Below, piece by piece: positions 27,901 to 38,555 of a stretch of DNA of 64,000 nt. The notes below the pieces were generated by a model. It was not told the origin of the DNA. It was given only the letters and a program-made list of their open reading frames with translations, and made no database searches. The position numbers were made by a program, and so were the translations under genes. Source of the stretch: Eledone cirrhosa (taxonomy: Eukaryota). The DNA is taken from NCBI GenBank assembly GCA_964016885.1, contig OZ024758.1:14446001-14510000 (forward strand), in the 5' to 3' direction. Position 1 is the stretch's first letter, and each line of letters opens with the position of its first letter.

Positions 27901-30820
27901 GACCTCGAGGATGTGCTTCACACGAGACACATGTGCTGGTAGGGCCATGTCGAGCGCAGGATCAGCAAAGTGATGTATGTCGATCCAGGAGGCAGTAGAG
28001 GCCCAGGAAGACCAAAAAGGACTTGGATGGAGGATGTCAATCGGGATCAAGCTAGGCTTGACCTGGCCTGGCAGACAGAAACACATGGAGCGGGACACTA
28101 AGGAGCGCTGTCAGACAGGACCCACCCCTACTTAGGGATTAATTGTGTTCTGGATGATGATGATGATAATAATGATAATTGTGGTAGCTTTTCTTTAGAA
28201 AACGAATAAATTTAAAATTTGAAAAGTATTTCCAATTCTTCTTCATTTATTCCCTATTTTCAGCTGCCAATGCTCTACTAGTGATATCAGCCTCAGCTAT
28301 ATCTTATGCTGTTATAAGTCAGTATCCAGACAGAACTATATTTACTCTTACTAATGACGTAAAAGAAGGACTACCACCTTTCAGAGTTCCAGATTTTTCC
28401 ATACATACCAAGAACGTTACGCAGACCACATCAGATATTTTCTCCGTAAGTCTTTGTTGTGTGTTCCTTAATACACTTTCACAATAAAATGCTACCCACT
28501 ACACTCTATAAAGAGTTAGCATTAGGACAGGCTAAGCCATCTAACCCGTCTAGCCAATGCTAGCGTGGAAGGTGGACGTTAAATGATGACGATGATGATG
28601 AAGGCCATCCAGCTGTAGAATTCATGCCAAATATGGAATATATGAGCAAGAGGAGGTTTATAATGATCTGTCAAGTGAAAGACCATGACAAACTATTCAG
28701 CCCATGCCAACATGGAAAGTGAACATAAAAATGATGATGATGGTGGTGGTGGCGGTGGTGGTTCAGAGATTAATATTATCTAGCTATCTTTTTATCTCTT
28801 TCAGAATATTGGACCAGGGTTCATTATTGTTCCAATCCTTGGAATTCTTGAAACAATTGCAATTGGAAAAGCATTTGGTAAGAGTTTAATCTTCTTTTCT
28901 TAATAACAAAAATAATATTTTATGGAAAAAAATTACCCCAGTGCATTACTGGTACTTTATTTTATCGACCGCGTAATGATGAAAGGCAAAGTTAATCTCA
29001 GCGGATTTGAAGAAAAATAATAACAGTGGTAATAATGGTTACGTTTGGGGGTTACAATAGCCTAATCATAGAGAATAAAATGGACCTCCCTGGTGACCTA
29101 ACTCTAAAACATGCCTCATACACAGTTGGGGTTCCTACTTGCCAAAATGATTAAAAACAGTGCCATGGTAAAACATGCCCAAAATACTCATTAAAGTGGT
29201 TGATGTAATCAAAAGCATCCAGGACATCTGGCTATAGAAACCATCCCCCAAAATGGAACATATCTAGTCTTGGACACTGACAATTAATCCAATAAATGCC
29301 AGCATGGGAAACAGACAGCTAATGCAGGTGATGATGGTAGTTATGTTTGAGCTAATGCATTTTCCCTAACAATACAATTTTTTCGAATCAGCATTTTGAT
29401 TGGTGCTCAATGCAGTAAATACGTTAACATTACACAGTGCTCCAGCATGGACTAGGACGTGATAGCTAAAACAAACTAAACTTGTTTATCATACAAGCGG
29501 TCTCTGAGTATTTTATCTCAGTGAAATATTTTTAAAGATAAGAATACAACCAAGAATGACTTTAAAACCAGGGCTATGAAAATTACCTCCCTTTAACACT
29601 TTTGTTACCCTATTTTTGAAACAATCGATTGCCTAGAATTTTCAGATCATTTTTTAAATAATCAAGAATTTAGATGGATTTAGTAAAATAACACATTTTC
29701 TCATAATCAAGATGGTGCTTGGAAAATAACAAAGGTTCTTACATAAAATTATGAAGGATAGATCCACCCCAACTATGGTTAAATAGGTTCTCCAACCCCT
29801 AATTAGCCAAGCATGGTGAGTATGGTGAGTATGACTACACCCCTGACATGACCAAAGCCAAACAGAAAGTGGAAGAAGTCAACCAAGGAAGGGTTCCTCC
29901 AACATGAATGAGAAGACCCTGGATTGGATTGGAGTGTATTGTGCCTGTTACTCAAGTTTTGCCAGTAGTGGCCAGTCAACAGTTACACAAGCTTTGAGTT
30001 ATCCTCATTAGGTAGAGAGTCAGACAAGCTTAGTGGCATAGAGTTACATCCCTTTACGTTCTGAGTTCAAATCCTACCAAGGTTAGCTTTGCTTTTCATC
30101 CTTACGGGGGTTGATAAAATAAAGTACCAGTAATGTACTGGGGACAATTTAATTGACTTTCCCCTACACCCCCAAAATTGCTGGCCTTGTGACTATAGTA
30201 AAAATAATTATTATCATCATAATTTCCATGCTGGTATGGGTTGGGTGAGTTGTCACGATCTGAGACCAGATGGGTTGAAGTGACCCACCTTGCTCAAATG
30301 TTCCACATTTGCCATGGTTTCCATGGTTACATACATGCCTTTTCTAATGCCAACCACATTACTGGTGGTACGGGGTAGGTTTTTTTGTGGCACTACAACT
30401 AATTCTTTACAGACTGTAATGAGTGAGGAGGAGTTGATTATGGCACTAACAGTAACCTTTGCATGGTGTACTGGATACATTATATCATGACAACAGCACT
30501 AGAGAGGTTCTCACATACTCATCTAGACTGAAGGGCCCCTCTCAAGCCCTATATTGTCTCTGCTCGGTCATCAATACTGCAGCTTCCAGTCACTCATTAC
30601 ATTCATAATTTGTGCCACGTCCTTGTACAGCTGGACTGATCTTTTGGAAAATGTTTTTGTTATTTATATACCTTTAAATGTACAACCCAACTTAATCTTT
30701 AGCACGCTAGTAATTATTATGAGTTGTTTCCCTTGACACTGTATTATCTATTAAGGGGAGATTATTCATATGGCACCATGTGTCACCCACAGCGTGCTGA
30801 AGGTTAAACATCCATATCCA

Positions 30821-30852
<32 letters not shown>

Positions 30853-32938
30853 TTGCAGCTCGTAAAAACCATTACAAACTTAACCCAACACAAGAATTCA
30901 TTGCCTTAGGTAAGATGAGAAAATTTCAGTAAAATTCTATGTAAACCCTTCATGGTATGGATGGTGCAAATGGCAATGTGTCAGGCTAGATAGATGCTTA
31001 AACCTCAGGTTGACCAATGTTTTTTTTTGTGTAGAATTTGGGAGATAGAAACTACAGAAGCCTATCGTGTGTGTGTGTGTGTGTGTGCGCGTGTTCATGT
31101 CTATAACTTGGTGGTTCAACTAAAGAAGTTGATACAATAAGTGGTGAGATCGAAAGGAGCCATCTAACCAATGCTAGCATGGAAAAACAAATGTAAAATG
31201 ATAATGGTAATATATCATCATCATCATCATCACTGTTTAACGTCGATGTTTCCACGCTGGCATGGGTTAGACTAGTTATCCTGTTGTGAGCAATGCCAGG
31301 TCAGGTGACCATGTCTTGCTCATACAGAACCGATTTTGGCTTGATTTCTACAGCTCGATGTGCTTCCTAACACCAACCTCATTTACAGTGAGTACTGGCT
31401 CCTTTTTGCCGTGACGCCTACACGACCACTTTACAGTGTGGGCTGGGTACTGTTTGTCATGACAGCTAAACGACCACCTTACAGAGTGCACTGGGTACTG
31501 TTTGTCATGACAGCTACACAACCACTTTACAGTGTGGACTGGGTACTGTTTGTCATGACAGCTACACAACCACTTTACAGTGTGGACTGACACCTACACA
31601 ACCACTCTACAGTGTGGACTGGGTACTGTTTGTCATGACACCTACACAACCACTTTACAGTGTGGACTGGGTACTGTTTGTCATGACAGCTACACAACCA
31701 CTTTACAGTGTGGACTGGATACTGTGTCATGACACCTACACAACCACTCTACAGTGTGGACTGGATACTGTGTCATGACACCTACACAACCACTCGACAG
31801 TGTGGACTGGATACTGTTTGTCATGACACCTACACAACCACTTTACAGTGTGGACTGACACCTACACAACCACTTTACAGTGTGGACTGGATACTGTTTG
31901 TCATGACACCCACACAACCACTTTACAGTGTGGACTGGATACTGTTTGTCATGACACCTACACAACCACTTTACAGTGTGGACTGGATACTGTTTGTCAT
32001 GACACCTACACAACCACTCGACAGTGTGGACTGGATACTGTTTGTCATGACACCTACACAACCACTTTACAGTGTGGACTGGATACTGTTTGTCATGACA
32101 CCTACACAACCACTCGACAGTGTGGGCTGGTTTTTACTTGGTCTGTATTTATGTATCATAACTTAGTTGTTCAACAAAAAGAGATCAATAAGATAAGTAC
32201 CAAACTTGAAAGCAATGTACTGGAGTTGATGTGGTTGACTAAGTCCCTTTAAGGCAGTTCACCAGTATGTACATAGTCTAATAATAATTCATTTTTATTT
32301 TCCAGGTACAGCAAATATTCTCAGTTCATTTTTTTCCTCCTACCCACTTGCAGGCAGCTTTTCAAGGTAATTCTTATTTTAATGTTTCGATTTAGAAAGA
32401 CATTATGGCATGCTAATGAGGAGGCGAGTGTCACTGAAACTGAAAGGAAAGGTGTATGTTGCAGGTGTGAGAAGTGCCATGATTTATGGGAGCGAGACAT
32501 GGTTGATTAATGTGGAGCCAGAGAAAGGGCTTGATAGAACATAAATGAGAATGGTTCAGTGGATGAGTGGAGTATGACTAAGGGAGAAAACAAACAATGT
32601 ATTGTAGACAGTGCTGGACTTACTTATAAGATAAACAAGCTATAACTTAGGGCTGCAGACACTCAAGGGCCTCATTTTAAAATATATTTTAATTTTATCA
32701 TTACTTTTTACCTAAATGTTTTTAGAGAAGAGCCTTAAATTTCATATAGCTTAGGGTCTCAGCAAGTGAAAGTCTGGCCCTGATTGCAGAAGATGGGAAT
32801 AGACCTAGTGAAGAATATTGTGTGGTGGTGGCAGTGGTGATGATGATGATTCAACATTGCCTATGTTTTCTCTTCTTTACAGAACTGCCATAAATTCTCA
32901 GAGCGGTGTTAAAACACCTTTTGGTAGTATCATTACAG
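7209..32938 (+). CDS. SLC26A11: SLC26A11-like sodium-independent sulfate/anion transporter, spliced, 3'-incomplete: join(7209-7357,8598-8700,9120-9324,18630-18715,23044-23123,26654-26708,27698-27788,28264-28445,28805-28877,30859-30909,32306-32366,32883-32938)
   Basis: 12 AG/GT-bounded exons joined by hand give one open frame of 397 codons. SLC26 motifs: RFPITQWLPNY, DIIAGLTVTLTVIPQGLAYAKIA.LPPQYGLYSAF, GPTAIMSL, FISYPVINSFTTAAAITI, ETIAIGKAF, TQEFIALG.AN, GSFSRTAINSQSGV. Subfamily A11 is assigned from remembered motif similarity. Confidence 0.9.
7551..7747. mobile_element. piggyBac-type MITE
   Basis: TTAA flanks, degenerate left TIR, shared internal sequence. Confidence 0.75.
8319..8551. mobile_element. 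piggyBac-type MITE, intact, about 230 bp
   Basis: TTAA TSD, CCCTTTAGCATTTA TIR. Confidence 0.85.
8598..8700 (+). CDS. SLC26A11: SLC26A11-like exon 2 (LSYLKSDIIAGLTVTLTVIPQGLAYAKIARLPPQ)
   Basis: ttccag acceptor, gtgagt donor, SLC26 TM1 signature. Confidence 0.95.
9120..9324 (+). CDS. SLC26A11: SLC26A11-like exon 3 (YGLYSAFVGCFVYCFLGTAKDITIGPTAIMSL...GIFNL)
   Basis: tttcag acceptor, gtaagt donor, sulfate transporter motif; overlaps track ORF 9141-9419. Confidence 0.95.
9428..10236. mobile_element. piggyBac-type MITE with internal 29-bp tandem array (9615-10221, about 21 copies)
   Basis: TIRs and TTAA at both ends; unit tacaatagtatatatagagtaatgtaa(t/c)a is the MITE subterminal sequence. Confidence 0.9.
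10270..10650. mobile_element. two SINE family A copies in inverted orientation (about 10270-10435 minus, 10497-10650 plus)
   Basis: B box and core seen on opposite strands. Confidence 0.7.
10930..12440 (-). mobile_element. CR1-clade LINE, 5'-truncated, with an uninterrupted RT frame (11032 to about 12425) and 3' UTR
   Basis: WKTASVIPLFKKGD, NYRPVSLTS, VYLDFAKAFNSVPH, SGVPQGSVLGPLLF, YADD, ERDLGI, TRGH, FFTLRV..WNKLP. Confidence 0.92.
12948..12982 (-). ncRNA. degenerate minimal (type I) hammerhead ribozyme in a Penelope-like remnant
   Basis: minus strand UCUU-CUGAUGA-A-GGAC(UAGU)GUCC-GAAA-AUU-AAGA; homologous copy at 45632-45667. Confidence 0.6.
13066..13269. repeat. (TA)n microsatellite, left flank of the RTE element (right flank 17078-17136)
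   Basis: direct reading. Confidence 0.95.
13270..17078 (+). mobile_element. near-full-length RTE-clade LINE: APE + RT + PHD-type finger, 3' UTR with internal duplication, (GAT)n tail
   Basis: RVGTMNVGTL, CIQETRW, SAYAPQ, GDLNGHVG, SQVDYIL, NYRGIKL, AFVDLEKAFDRV, GVHQGSVLSP, LLYADD, FRYLG, ERRLRWYGHVMRM, GRPRKTW. Confidence 0.95.
13559..16581 (+). pseudogene. RTE ORF (endonuclease-reverse transcriptase) with one in-frame TAA (15737-15739) and one frameshift (about 16268)
   Basis: track ORFs 13559-15739, 15800-16303 and 16210-16581 are consecutive parts of one protein. Confidence 0.9.
17760..17990 (+). mobile_element. C-terminal fragment of an RLE-type (CRE-like) non-LTR retrotransposon
   Basis: VETSGILGP...LL.KIG...LLQRVSLAIVCRNA resembles the E..G..G / QR.S.AIQRGNA end of CRE-like ORFs. 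Confidence 0.6.
18093..18534. mobile_element. piggyBac-type MITE with an inserted RTE 3' UTR fragment (about 18121-18324, minus)
   Basis: TTAACCCTTTAGCATTTACATTACTCTA, then (TCA)n tail, MITE resumes at tctatatatactattg. Confidence 0.85.
18630..18715 (+). CDS. SLC26A11: SLC26A11-like exon 4 (GILVNFISYPVINSFTTAAAITISFGQVK)
   Basis: ttgcag acceptor, gtatgt donor, phase 1 to 0. Confidence 0.95.
21198..21704. mobile_element. two adjacent piggyBac-type MITEs (21198-21426, 21488-21704)
   Basis: TIR/TTAA ends and shared body. Confidence 0.8.
22770..23005 (+). mobile_element. 3' end of a distinct RTE-like LINE with (GAT)n tail, just upstream of exon 5
   Basis: LLLWDP...DVISRD...AMGDRGFW, stop followed by tgatgatgatg. 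Confidence 0.65.
23044..23123 (+). CDS. SLC26A11: SLC26A11-like exon 5 (NILGLKKVPRNFLYCVYYTFAKVGET)
   Basis: ttccag acceptor, gtaagt donor, phase 0 to 2. Confidence 0.9.
23998..24180 (+). mobile_element. SINE family A
   Basis: full copy. Confidence 0.8.
24280..25045 (+). mobile_element. 5'-truncated, degenerate RTE LINE from the PHD region to the tail
   Basis: WVHKRCSGITGKL, EVVDSFQYL, RTGWKKF, ERRLHWYGHVMRM, (GAT)n. Confidence 0.85.
25054..25284 (-). mobile_element. possible non-autonomous Helitron-like element
   Basis: minus strand starts TTTATATATATAAATG..GTCTGTCTGTC and ends with a short GC-rich imperfect hairpin then CTAG. Confidence 0.45.
25907..26626. mobile_element. nested element: piggyBac MITE containing a CR1 3' fragment (about 26100-26610, plus), which contains a truncated SINE A (26430-26532)
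   Basis: SNTRGHAYKVRKQHSSHDF..WNKLP matches the CR1 at 11032; MITE ends on both sides. Confidence 0.8.
26654..26708 (+). CDS. SLC26A11: SLC26A11-like exon 6 (VWDFLLGSSSLVLVHFIK)
   Basis: ttacag acceptor, gtaagt donor, phase 2 to 0. Confidence 0.9.
27698..27788 (+). CDS. SLC26A11: SLC26A11-like exon 7 (KLRSINWMDDDQTIHWSQKIARNFLWLFGT)
   Basis: ttacag acceptor, gtaaga donor, phase 0 to 1. Confidence 0.88.
28264..28445 (+). CDS. SLC26A11: SLC26A11-like exon 8 (ANALLVISAS...EGLPPFRVPDF...DIFS)
   Basis: tttcag acceptor, gtaagt donor, GLPPF motif. Confidence 0.92.
28805..28877 (+). CDS. SLC26A11: SLC26A11-like exon 9 (NIGPGFIIVPILGILETIAIGKAF)
   Basis: tttcag acceptor, gtaaga donor, TM8 E.IAI.K motif. 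Confidence 0.95.
30692..30808. mobile_element. small TTAA-flanked MITE, second family (another copy at 58350-58457)
   Basis: ttaatctttagcacgct...agcgtgctgaaggttaa. Confidence 0.65.
30859..30909 (+). CDS. SLC26A11: SLC26A11-like exon 10 (ARKNHYKLNPTQEFIAL)
   Basis: poly-T plus gcag acceptor, gtaaga donor, NQE-equivalent motif. Confidence 0.93.
   Translation, partial: LVKTITNLTQHKNSLP
31215..32140 (-). repeat. RTE 3' UTR fragment with a 48-bp unit amplified about 14-15 times (31420-32130)
   Basis: unit accactttacagtgtggactgg(g/a)tactgtttgtcatgaca(c/g)ctacaca; (CAT)n tail at 31215. Confidence 0.85.
32306..32366 (+). CDS. SLC26A11: SLC26A11-like exon 11 (GTANILSSFFSSYPLAGSFSR)
   Basis: ttccag acceptor, gtaatt donor, TM10 GSFSR motif. 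Confidence 0.95.
32609..32782. mobile_element. hAT-type MITE inserted in a degenerate RTE fragment (about 32390-32820)
   Basis: ends cagtgctggactt / aagtctggccctg, 8-bp TSD attgtaga/attgcaga. Confidence 0.7.
32883..32938 (+). CDS. SLC26A11: SLC26A11-like exon 12 (TAINSQSGVKTPFGSIITG)
   Basis: ttacag acceptor, gtaaat donor; last exon recognised in the window. Confidence 0.95.
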
Positions 32939-33455
32939 GTAAATGCTGCTTCCTTTTTGTTTCTATAATTATATGAGCTTATGTATGTAAATGTATGAAA
33001 ACTAACCCTTCCATTACCTTATTTCTAATGAAAAATAAAAACTATGATTTTTAAATTACTTTGAAAATAATCAAAGAATTCAGAGAGATTTAGTAATCAT
33101 TACATTGATGTTTAGAACATAACTTAACAAGGCTTCTTACATAAAATTAAATACTTTAAAATATACAGTTTCAGGCAATTTAGTATAAAAGGGCTTATGA
33201 AAAAATATAACACAAAGATAACATTATTGTCAAGTAGGGGGGAAAAAAACAAATCTATTCTCAAAAAAAAAAATAGCTTTTCATTTTTAGGTAGTGTATT
33301 TAGCTAGATCCATTAACCCTTCACTTCCATATTTCTTTTGAAGGAAACTGTTTATGATTTTTATGATTTTCAAATCATTTTCAAAATAATCAAGAATTCA
33401 AAAGGATTTTAGTAATATAACTTTCTCATTATCAAGCTGATGTTTGGAACATAAC

Positions 33456-34226
33456 TTAACCCTTTAGTTTTTACATTACTCTATATTTACTATTGTATTT
33501 TCATGGTAAAGGCTTTACCTCACGTAATATCGAATTCATGAGATTTTGATGTTATTTATTTTGAGAACAATACCTTAATGTAGGTATGAGCAGCCAGTTA
33601 CAGCCTCATTATGAGGGGCTGGTTATAGCCAGTTTGAACAGAAAGAGGTGAGAGAGTTCTGGCCGGTTATGGCTAGTTTAAATGCTAAAGGGTTAAGAAA
33701 GGTTTTGACATAAAAAAAATATGATGGGTAATTTATTTTTACATAACTATAAACACATTAACCCTTTAGCATTTACATTACTCTCATCATCATCATCATC
33801 ATCATCATCAGGTTTAGCGTCCGTGTTCCACGCTTGCATGGGTTTGGACGGGGGTTTTCCCACTTGAGGCAAGAGTGGTTGTCTTGCTCGCATAGGACTG
33901 TCTGGCGGGTTTTCTACAGTTGGATGCCCTTCCTAACACCAACCACATTTACAGTGTGGGGCTGGGAGGTTTTTACCGTGTTGCCTACACGGCCACATTA
34001 CAGCGTGGACTGTCTGGCGGGTTTATATATACTATTGTATTTTCCCAGTAAAGGTTTTACCTCACATAAATATCTCACATAATATCGAATCTACAAGATT
34101 TTGATATTATTTATTTTGAGAACAATACCTTAACATAAGTGTGAGTGACCAGTTAGAGCCAGTTTGAACAGAAAGAGGTGAAAGAATCCTGACCGGATAC
34201 AGCCGGTTTAAATGCTAAAGGGTTAA
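33456..34226. mobile_element. two piggyBac-type MITEs (33456-33696, 33758-34226); the second carries an RTE 3' end (about 33786-34022, minus)
   Basis: TTAA/TIR ends; the insert matches 16850-17078. Confidence 0.85.
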
Positions 34227-34319
34227 AATAAACATTTTTGTATCATAGAACCAGGAATGGTTTCAAGCAGTTTCATGTCATATGAGTTAAAAAGAATTAT
34301 GTTGTTGGGATAACATTAT

Positions 34320-34595
34320 TGGTGAAATCGGTAGAGAGTCGGACGCCATGCTTTGCAGCATAGTTACGTCCCTTTACGGTCTGAGTTCAAATCCCGCCGA
34401 GGTTGACTTTGCCTTTCATCCTTACGGGGTCGATAAAATAAAGTACCAGTAATGTACTGGGTAATTGCTGGCCTTGTGCCAAAAGTAGAAACAATTATTG
34501 GTGAAGCAGGTGATAAAATAAAGTACCAGTAATGCACTGGGTAATTGCTGGCCTTGTGCCTAAAGTAGAAACAATTATTGGTGAAGCAGGTGAAA
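34320..34595 (+). mobile_element. SINE family A with duplicated 3' half
   Basis: gataaaataaagtaccag...aacaattattggtgaagcaggtga occurs twice. Confidence 0.75.
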
Positions 34596-34756
34596 AAAAT
34601 AAATCTGTTCCTGAAAATAGATTCCAGGTAATATTCTGAGGTAGATCAATTAAGGTAATGTGGAATTTAAGTGTTTTTTCTGGGTACACAATGGAACTTG
34701 TGTAGTGGATGGGGATTCACAGCCCCCTAGCACAATAATCAATACCTTAACCAACT

Positions 34757-35520
34757 ATGTCTCTGTGTGTATGTGTGTCTTTCTCTCTCTGTTTATGTGT
34801 ATACTTGTGTGTATGTCTCTGTGTGTGTATTTGTGTTTGTATGTGTATGCGTGTGTGTATGTTTATGTGTATGTATATCTGTCTGCGTGTTTATGTGTAT
34901 AACCCTGTGTGTGTGTCTTTCTGTATGTATGTATGTATGCATGTGTATGTCTGTGTGTATGCGTATAACCGTGTGTGTGTGTGTGCATCTGTGTTTGTAT
35001 ATGTATATCTGTAAATTTGTGTGTGTATGTGTGTGTGTTTGTGTATATGTGTATGTATATGTGTACATTTGTGTGTTTATATGTATGTGTCTTTCTGTAT
35101 GTATGTATGTATGCATGCATGTGTTTGTGTATGTCTGTGTATTTGTGTGTAGGTATGTATGTATGTGTTTATGTGTATGTCTGTATTTATGTGTGTATAT
35201 GTGTATAATTATGTGTATAACTTGTGTTTGTATATGTATATCTGTAGATGTGTATGTGTGTATGCATGTGTGTTTTGTGTATGTGTGTATTTCTGTATGT
35301 ATGTGTATTTCTGTATGTATGCATGCATATGTCTGTGTTAGTGTATGTATGTGTATTTCTGTACGTATGTATGCATGTGTCTATGTTTATGTGTATTTCT
35401 GTACGTATGCATGCATGTGTCTATGTTAGTGTATGTATGTGTATTTCTGTATGTATGCATGTATGTGTCTGTGTTTATGTGTATGCCTCTGTATGTATAT
35501 CTGTGTGTGTGTATGTGTGT
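34757..35520. repeat. degenerate (TG)/(TATG) microsatellite
   Basis: direct reading. Confidence 0.9.
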
Positions 35521-35682
35521 TACATTTTTTTAAATATTTGATAGGGAGAGGTGAGTGCCCCCCCCCCCCCCCCCCTTCAAACTGAGGGGGAAAATCAATA
35601 TTCAGTTTGAATTTTAAAATAGGCAGGTGTCAGTTCTTTCTTTCCTTCTTTCTTTCTTTTGTAAAATACACTTAAGAAAAAT

Positions 35683-37077
35683 TACCACCACCACCACCAT
35701 CAGCAGCACTATCATCATCACCACCACCACCACCATCAGCAGCACTATCATCATCACCACCACCACCACCATCAGCAGCACTATCATCACCATCACCACC
35801 ACCACCATCAGCAACACTATCATCATCACCACCACCACCACCATCAGCAACACTATCATCACCACCACCACCATCAGCAGCACTATCATCACCACCACCA
35901 CCACCACCACCACCATCAGCAGCACTATCATCACCACCACCACCACCACCACCATCAGCAACACTATCATCACCACCACCACCACCACCACCATCAGCAA
36001 CACTATCATCACCACCACCACCACCACCACCATCAGCAACACTATCATCACCACCACCACCACCACCACCATCAGCAACACTATCATCACCACCACCACC
36101 ACCACCACCATCAGCAACACTATCATCACCACCACCACCACCACCACCATCAGCAACACTATCATCACCACCACCACCACCACCACCATCAGCAACACTA
36201 TCATCACCACCACCACCACCACCACCATCAGCAACACTATCATCACCACCACCACCACCACCACCATCAGCAACACTATCATCACCACCACCACCACCAC
36301 CACCATCAGCAACACTATCATCACCACCACCACCACCACCACCATCAGCAACACTATCATCACCACCACCACCACCACCACCACCAGCAACACTATCATC
36401 ACCACCACCACCACCACCACCACCAGCAACACTATCATCACCACCACCACCACCACCACCATCAGCAACACTATCATCACCACCACCACCACCACCATCA
36501 GCAACACTATCATCACCACCACCACCACCATCATCAGCAACACTATCATCACCACCACCACCACCATCATCATCACCACCACCACCACCACCACCACCAC
36601 CATCAGCACTATCATTATCACCACCACCAGCAGCAACACTATCATCACCACCACCACCACCACCAGCAGCACTATCATCACCACCACCACCACCACCAGC
36701 ACTATCATCATCACCACCACCACCAGCAGCACTATCATCACCACCACCACCACCAGCAGCAGCACTATCATCATCACCACCACCACCAGCAGCAGCACTA
36801 TCATCATCACCACCACCACCACCACCACCAGCAGCACTATCATCATCACCACCACCACCAGCAGCAGCACTATCATCACCACCACCACCACCAGCAGCAG
36901 CACTATCATCATCACCACCACCACCACCAGCAGCACTATCATCATCACCACCACCACCACCAGCAGCACTATCATCATCACCACCACCACCAGCAGCAGC
37001 AACACTATCATCACCACCACCATCACCACCAGCAGCACTATCATCATCACCACCACCACCACCACCATCAGCAGCAC
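35683..37077. repeat. (CAC)n-based compound minisatellite, about 36-39 bp unit (cagcaacactatcatcaccacc...)
   Basis: direct reading; abuts an RTE 3' UTR fragment (37078-37430, minus). Confidence 0.9.
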
Positions 37078-37436
37078 TCAAGTGGGACAGGAGTTGTCCC
37101 ACTTGAGGCAAGATTGGTCGTCTCGCTCATATAGGACTGTCTAGGCGGGTTTTCTATGGCTGGCTGCCCTTCCTAACACCAACCACATTACAGTGTGGAC
37201 TGGGTGGTTTTTTACCGTGTTACCTACACGGCCACATTACAGCGTGGACTGTGTTTTTTTTTGTCGTGACACCTACACGACCTCATTTATTTAGGACTGG
37301 ATGTTGTGGTACCAACATAACTTTACAGAGAAAGGGGTGGTGTTGATGGGGGTGGGAGAGGTGGGGTAGTGGGATGGGGGTGTATATTTGATTAAGAGGT
37401 GCCTACTGACTGTAGGTTTCGCTTTGTACTTATATC

Positions 37437-37711
37437 CAAGGGCCTTGTTTCAGGGGGGGGGGGGGGGGTACCAGGGGACAAGTCCCTCCTCCGACTTTTT
37501 CAAACGTCTATATTTTATTTTTTGTTTATTTGATATAATAAATTCTTTTTTTATATCTGAACTTCATTTGAATATATAAAATTTAATTAGCGTAAAATTT
37601 TACTTATGTAATAGGGTCAGGGAAAGGCACTATAAGCAATTTATGCTCCTTTAAGAATCAACAAATGTTGGTTTGTCCCCCCTCACATTTTTAAGGCAAA
37701 CGGGGCCCCTG
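37437..37711. mobile_element. possible hAT-type MITE
   Basis: caagggccttgttt / aaacggggcccctg ends, partial TSD cttatatc/tatatatc. Confidence 0.45.
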
Positions 37712-37865
37712 TATATATCTGAAGTGAAATCCATTCCCTGGTAGATGTTATTGTCGAGTTCAAGATTTTATTCAATATAACCCCACCCCTAACTGTTTCT
37801 TTGTTGTTTTCTTTGGTATTTTGACTTTGTAGTGTGACCAATAAAAGAAGTCATCATTATTATTG

Positions 37866-38555
37866 TGGATTGGCAGTATCGGTAGAGGGTCGGAAGCCAT
37901 GCTTTCCAGCATAGTTACGTCCCTTTATGATCCGAGTTCAAATCCCGCCGAGGTTAACTTTGCCTTTCATCCTTACGGGGTCGATAAAATAAAGTACCAG
38001 TAATGCACTGGGTATTTGCTGGCCTTGTGCCAAAAGTAGAAACAATTATTATTAGGGTACTTTATTTTTCCTGTGGCGCCTCCACGTCCACTTTACAGTG
38101 TGGGCTGGGTGCTTTTTTGCCGTGGCACCTCCACGACCACTTTGCAGTAGAATGATAGGGACCCCAGTCCCTATCATCTCATTTCTACAGTTGAGTAAAC
38201 TGGAGCAATGTGAAATAAAGTGTCTTGCTCAAGGAGACAACACATCACCCGGTCTGAGAATTGAACTCACAACCTTTCCATTGCAAGGCCAATGCTCTAA
38301 CCACTAAGCCAGGTGCCTCCATAATGTGCCTTATAATAATAATAACGATTTCTAGTATAGGCACAAGGGTGGAGGGGAAAGTCAATGAAATTGACCCCAG
38401 TATGTTACTGGTGCTTTATTTTATCGACCTTGTAAGGATGAAAGGCAAAGTTAACTTCGGCGGGATTTGAACTCAGATCATAAAGGACCGTAACTCTATC
38501 CTGCAAAATATGTTGTATGAAGCTCTACCAACAATACTGCCAAACCACCGCCCTT
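37866..38555. mobile_element. SINE cluster: family A plus (37866-38047), CORE-SINE minus (38075-38320), family A minus (38345-38555)
   Basis: A/B boxes and cores on the stated strands. Confidence 0.8.

Noticed and set aside
31420-32130. CRISPR-like regular repeats (also 862-1488 and 52578-55250)
   Set aside because: No unique spacers, no cas genes, eukaryotic context; plain tandem repeats
33291-33307. Possible terminal exon after tcatttttag (GSVFS-stop)
   Set aside because: No SLC26 similarity; such AG sites are common in AT-rich introns
35614-37144. Poly-Thr, poly-Val and Gly/Asp ORFs of about 480-500 aa
   Set aside because: Triplet-based minisatellite open in several frames; no splice sites or unique domain, and it is joined to an RTE UTR
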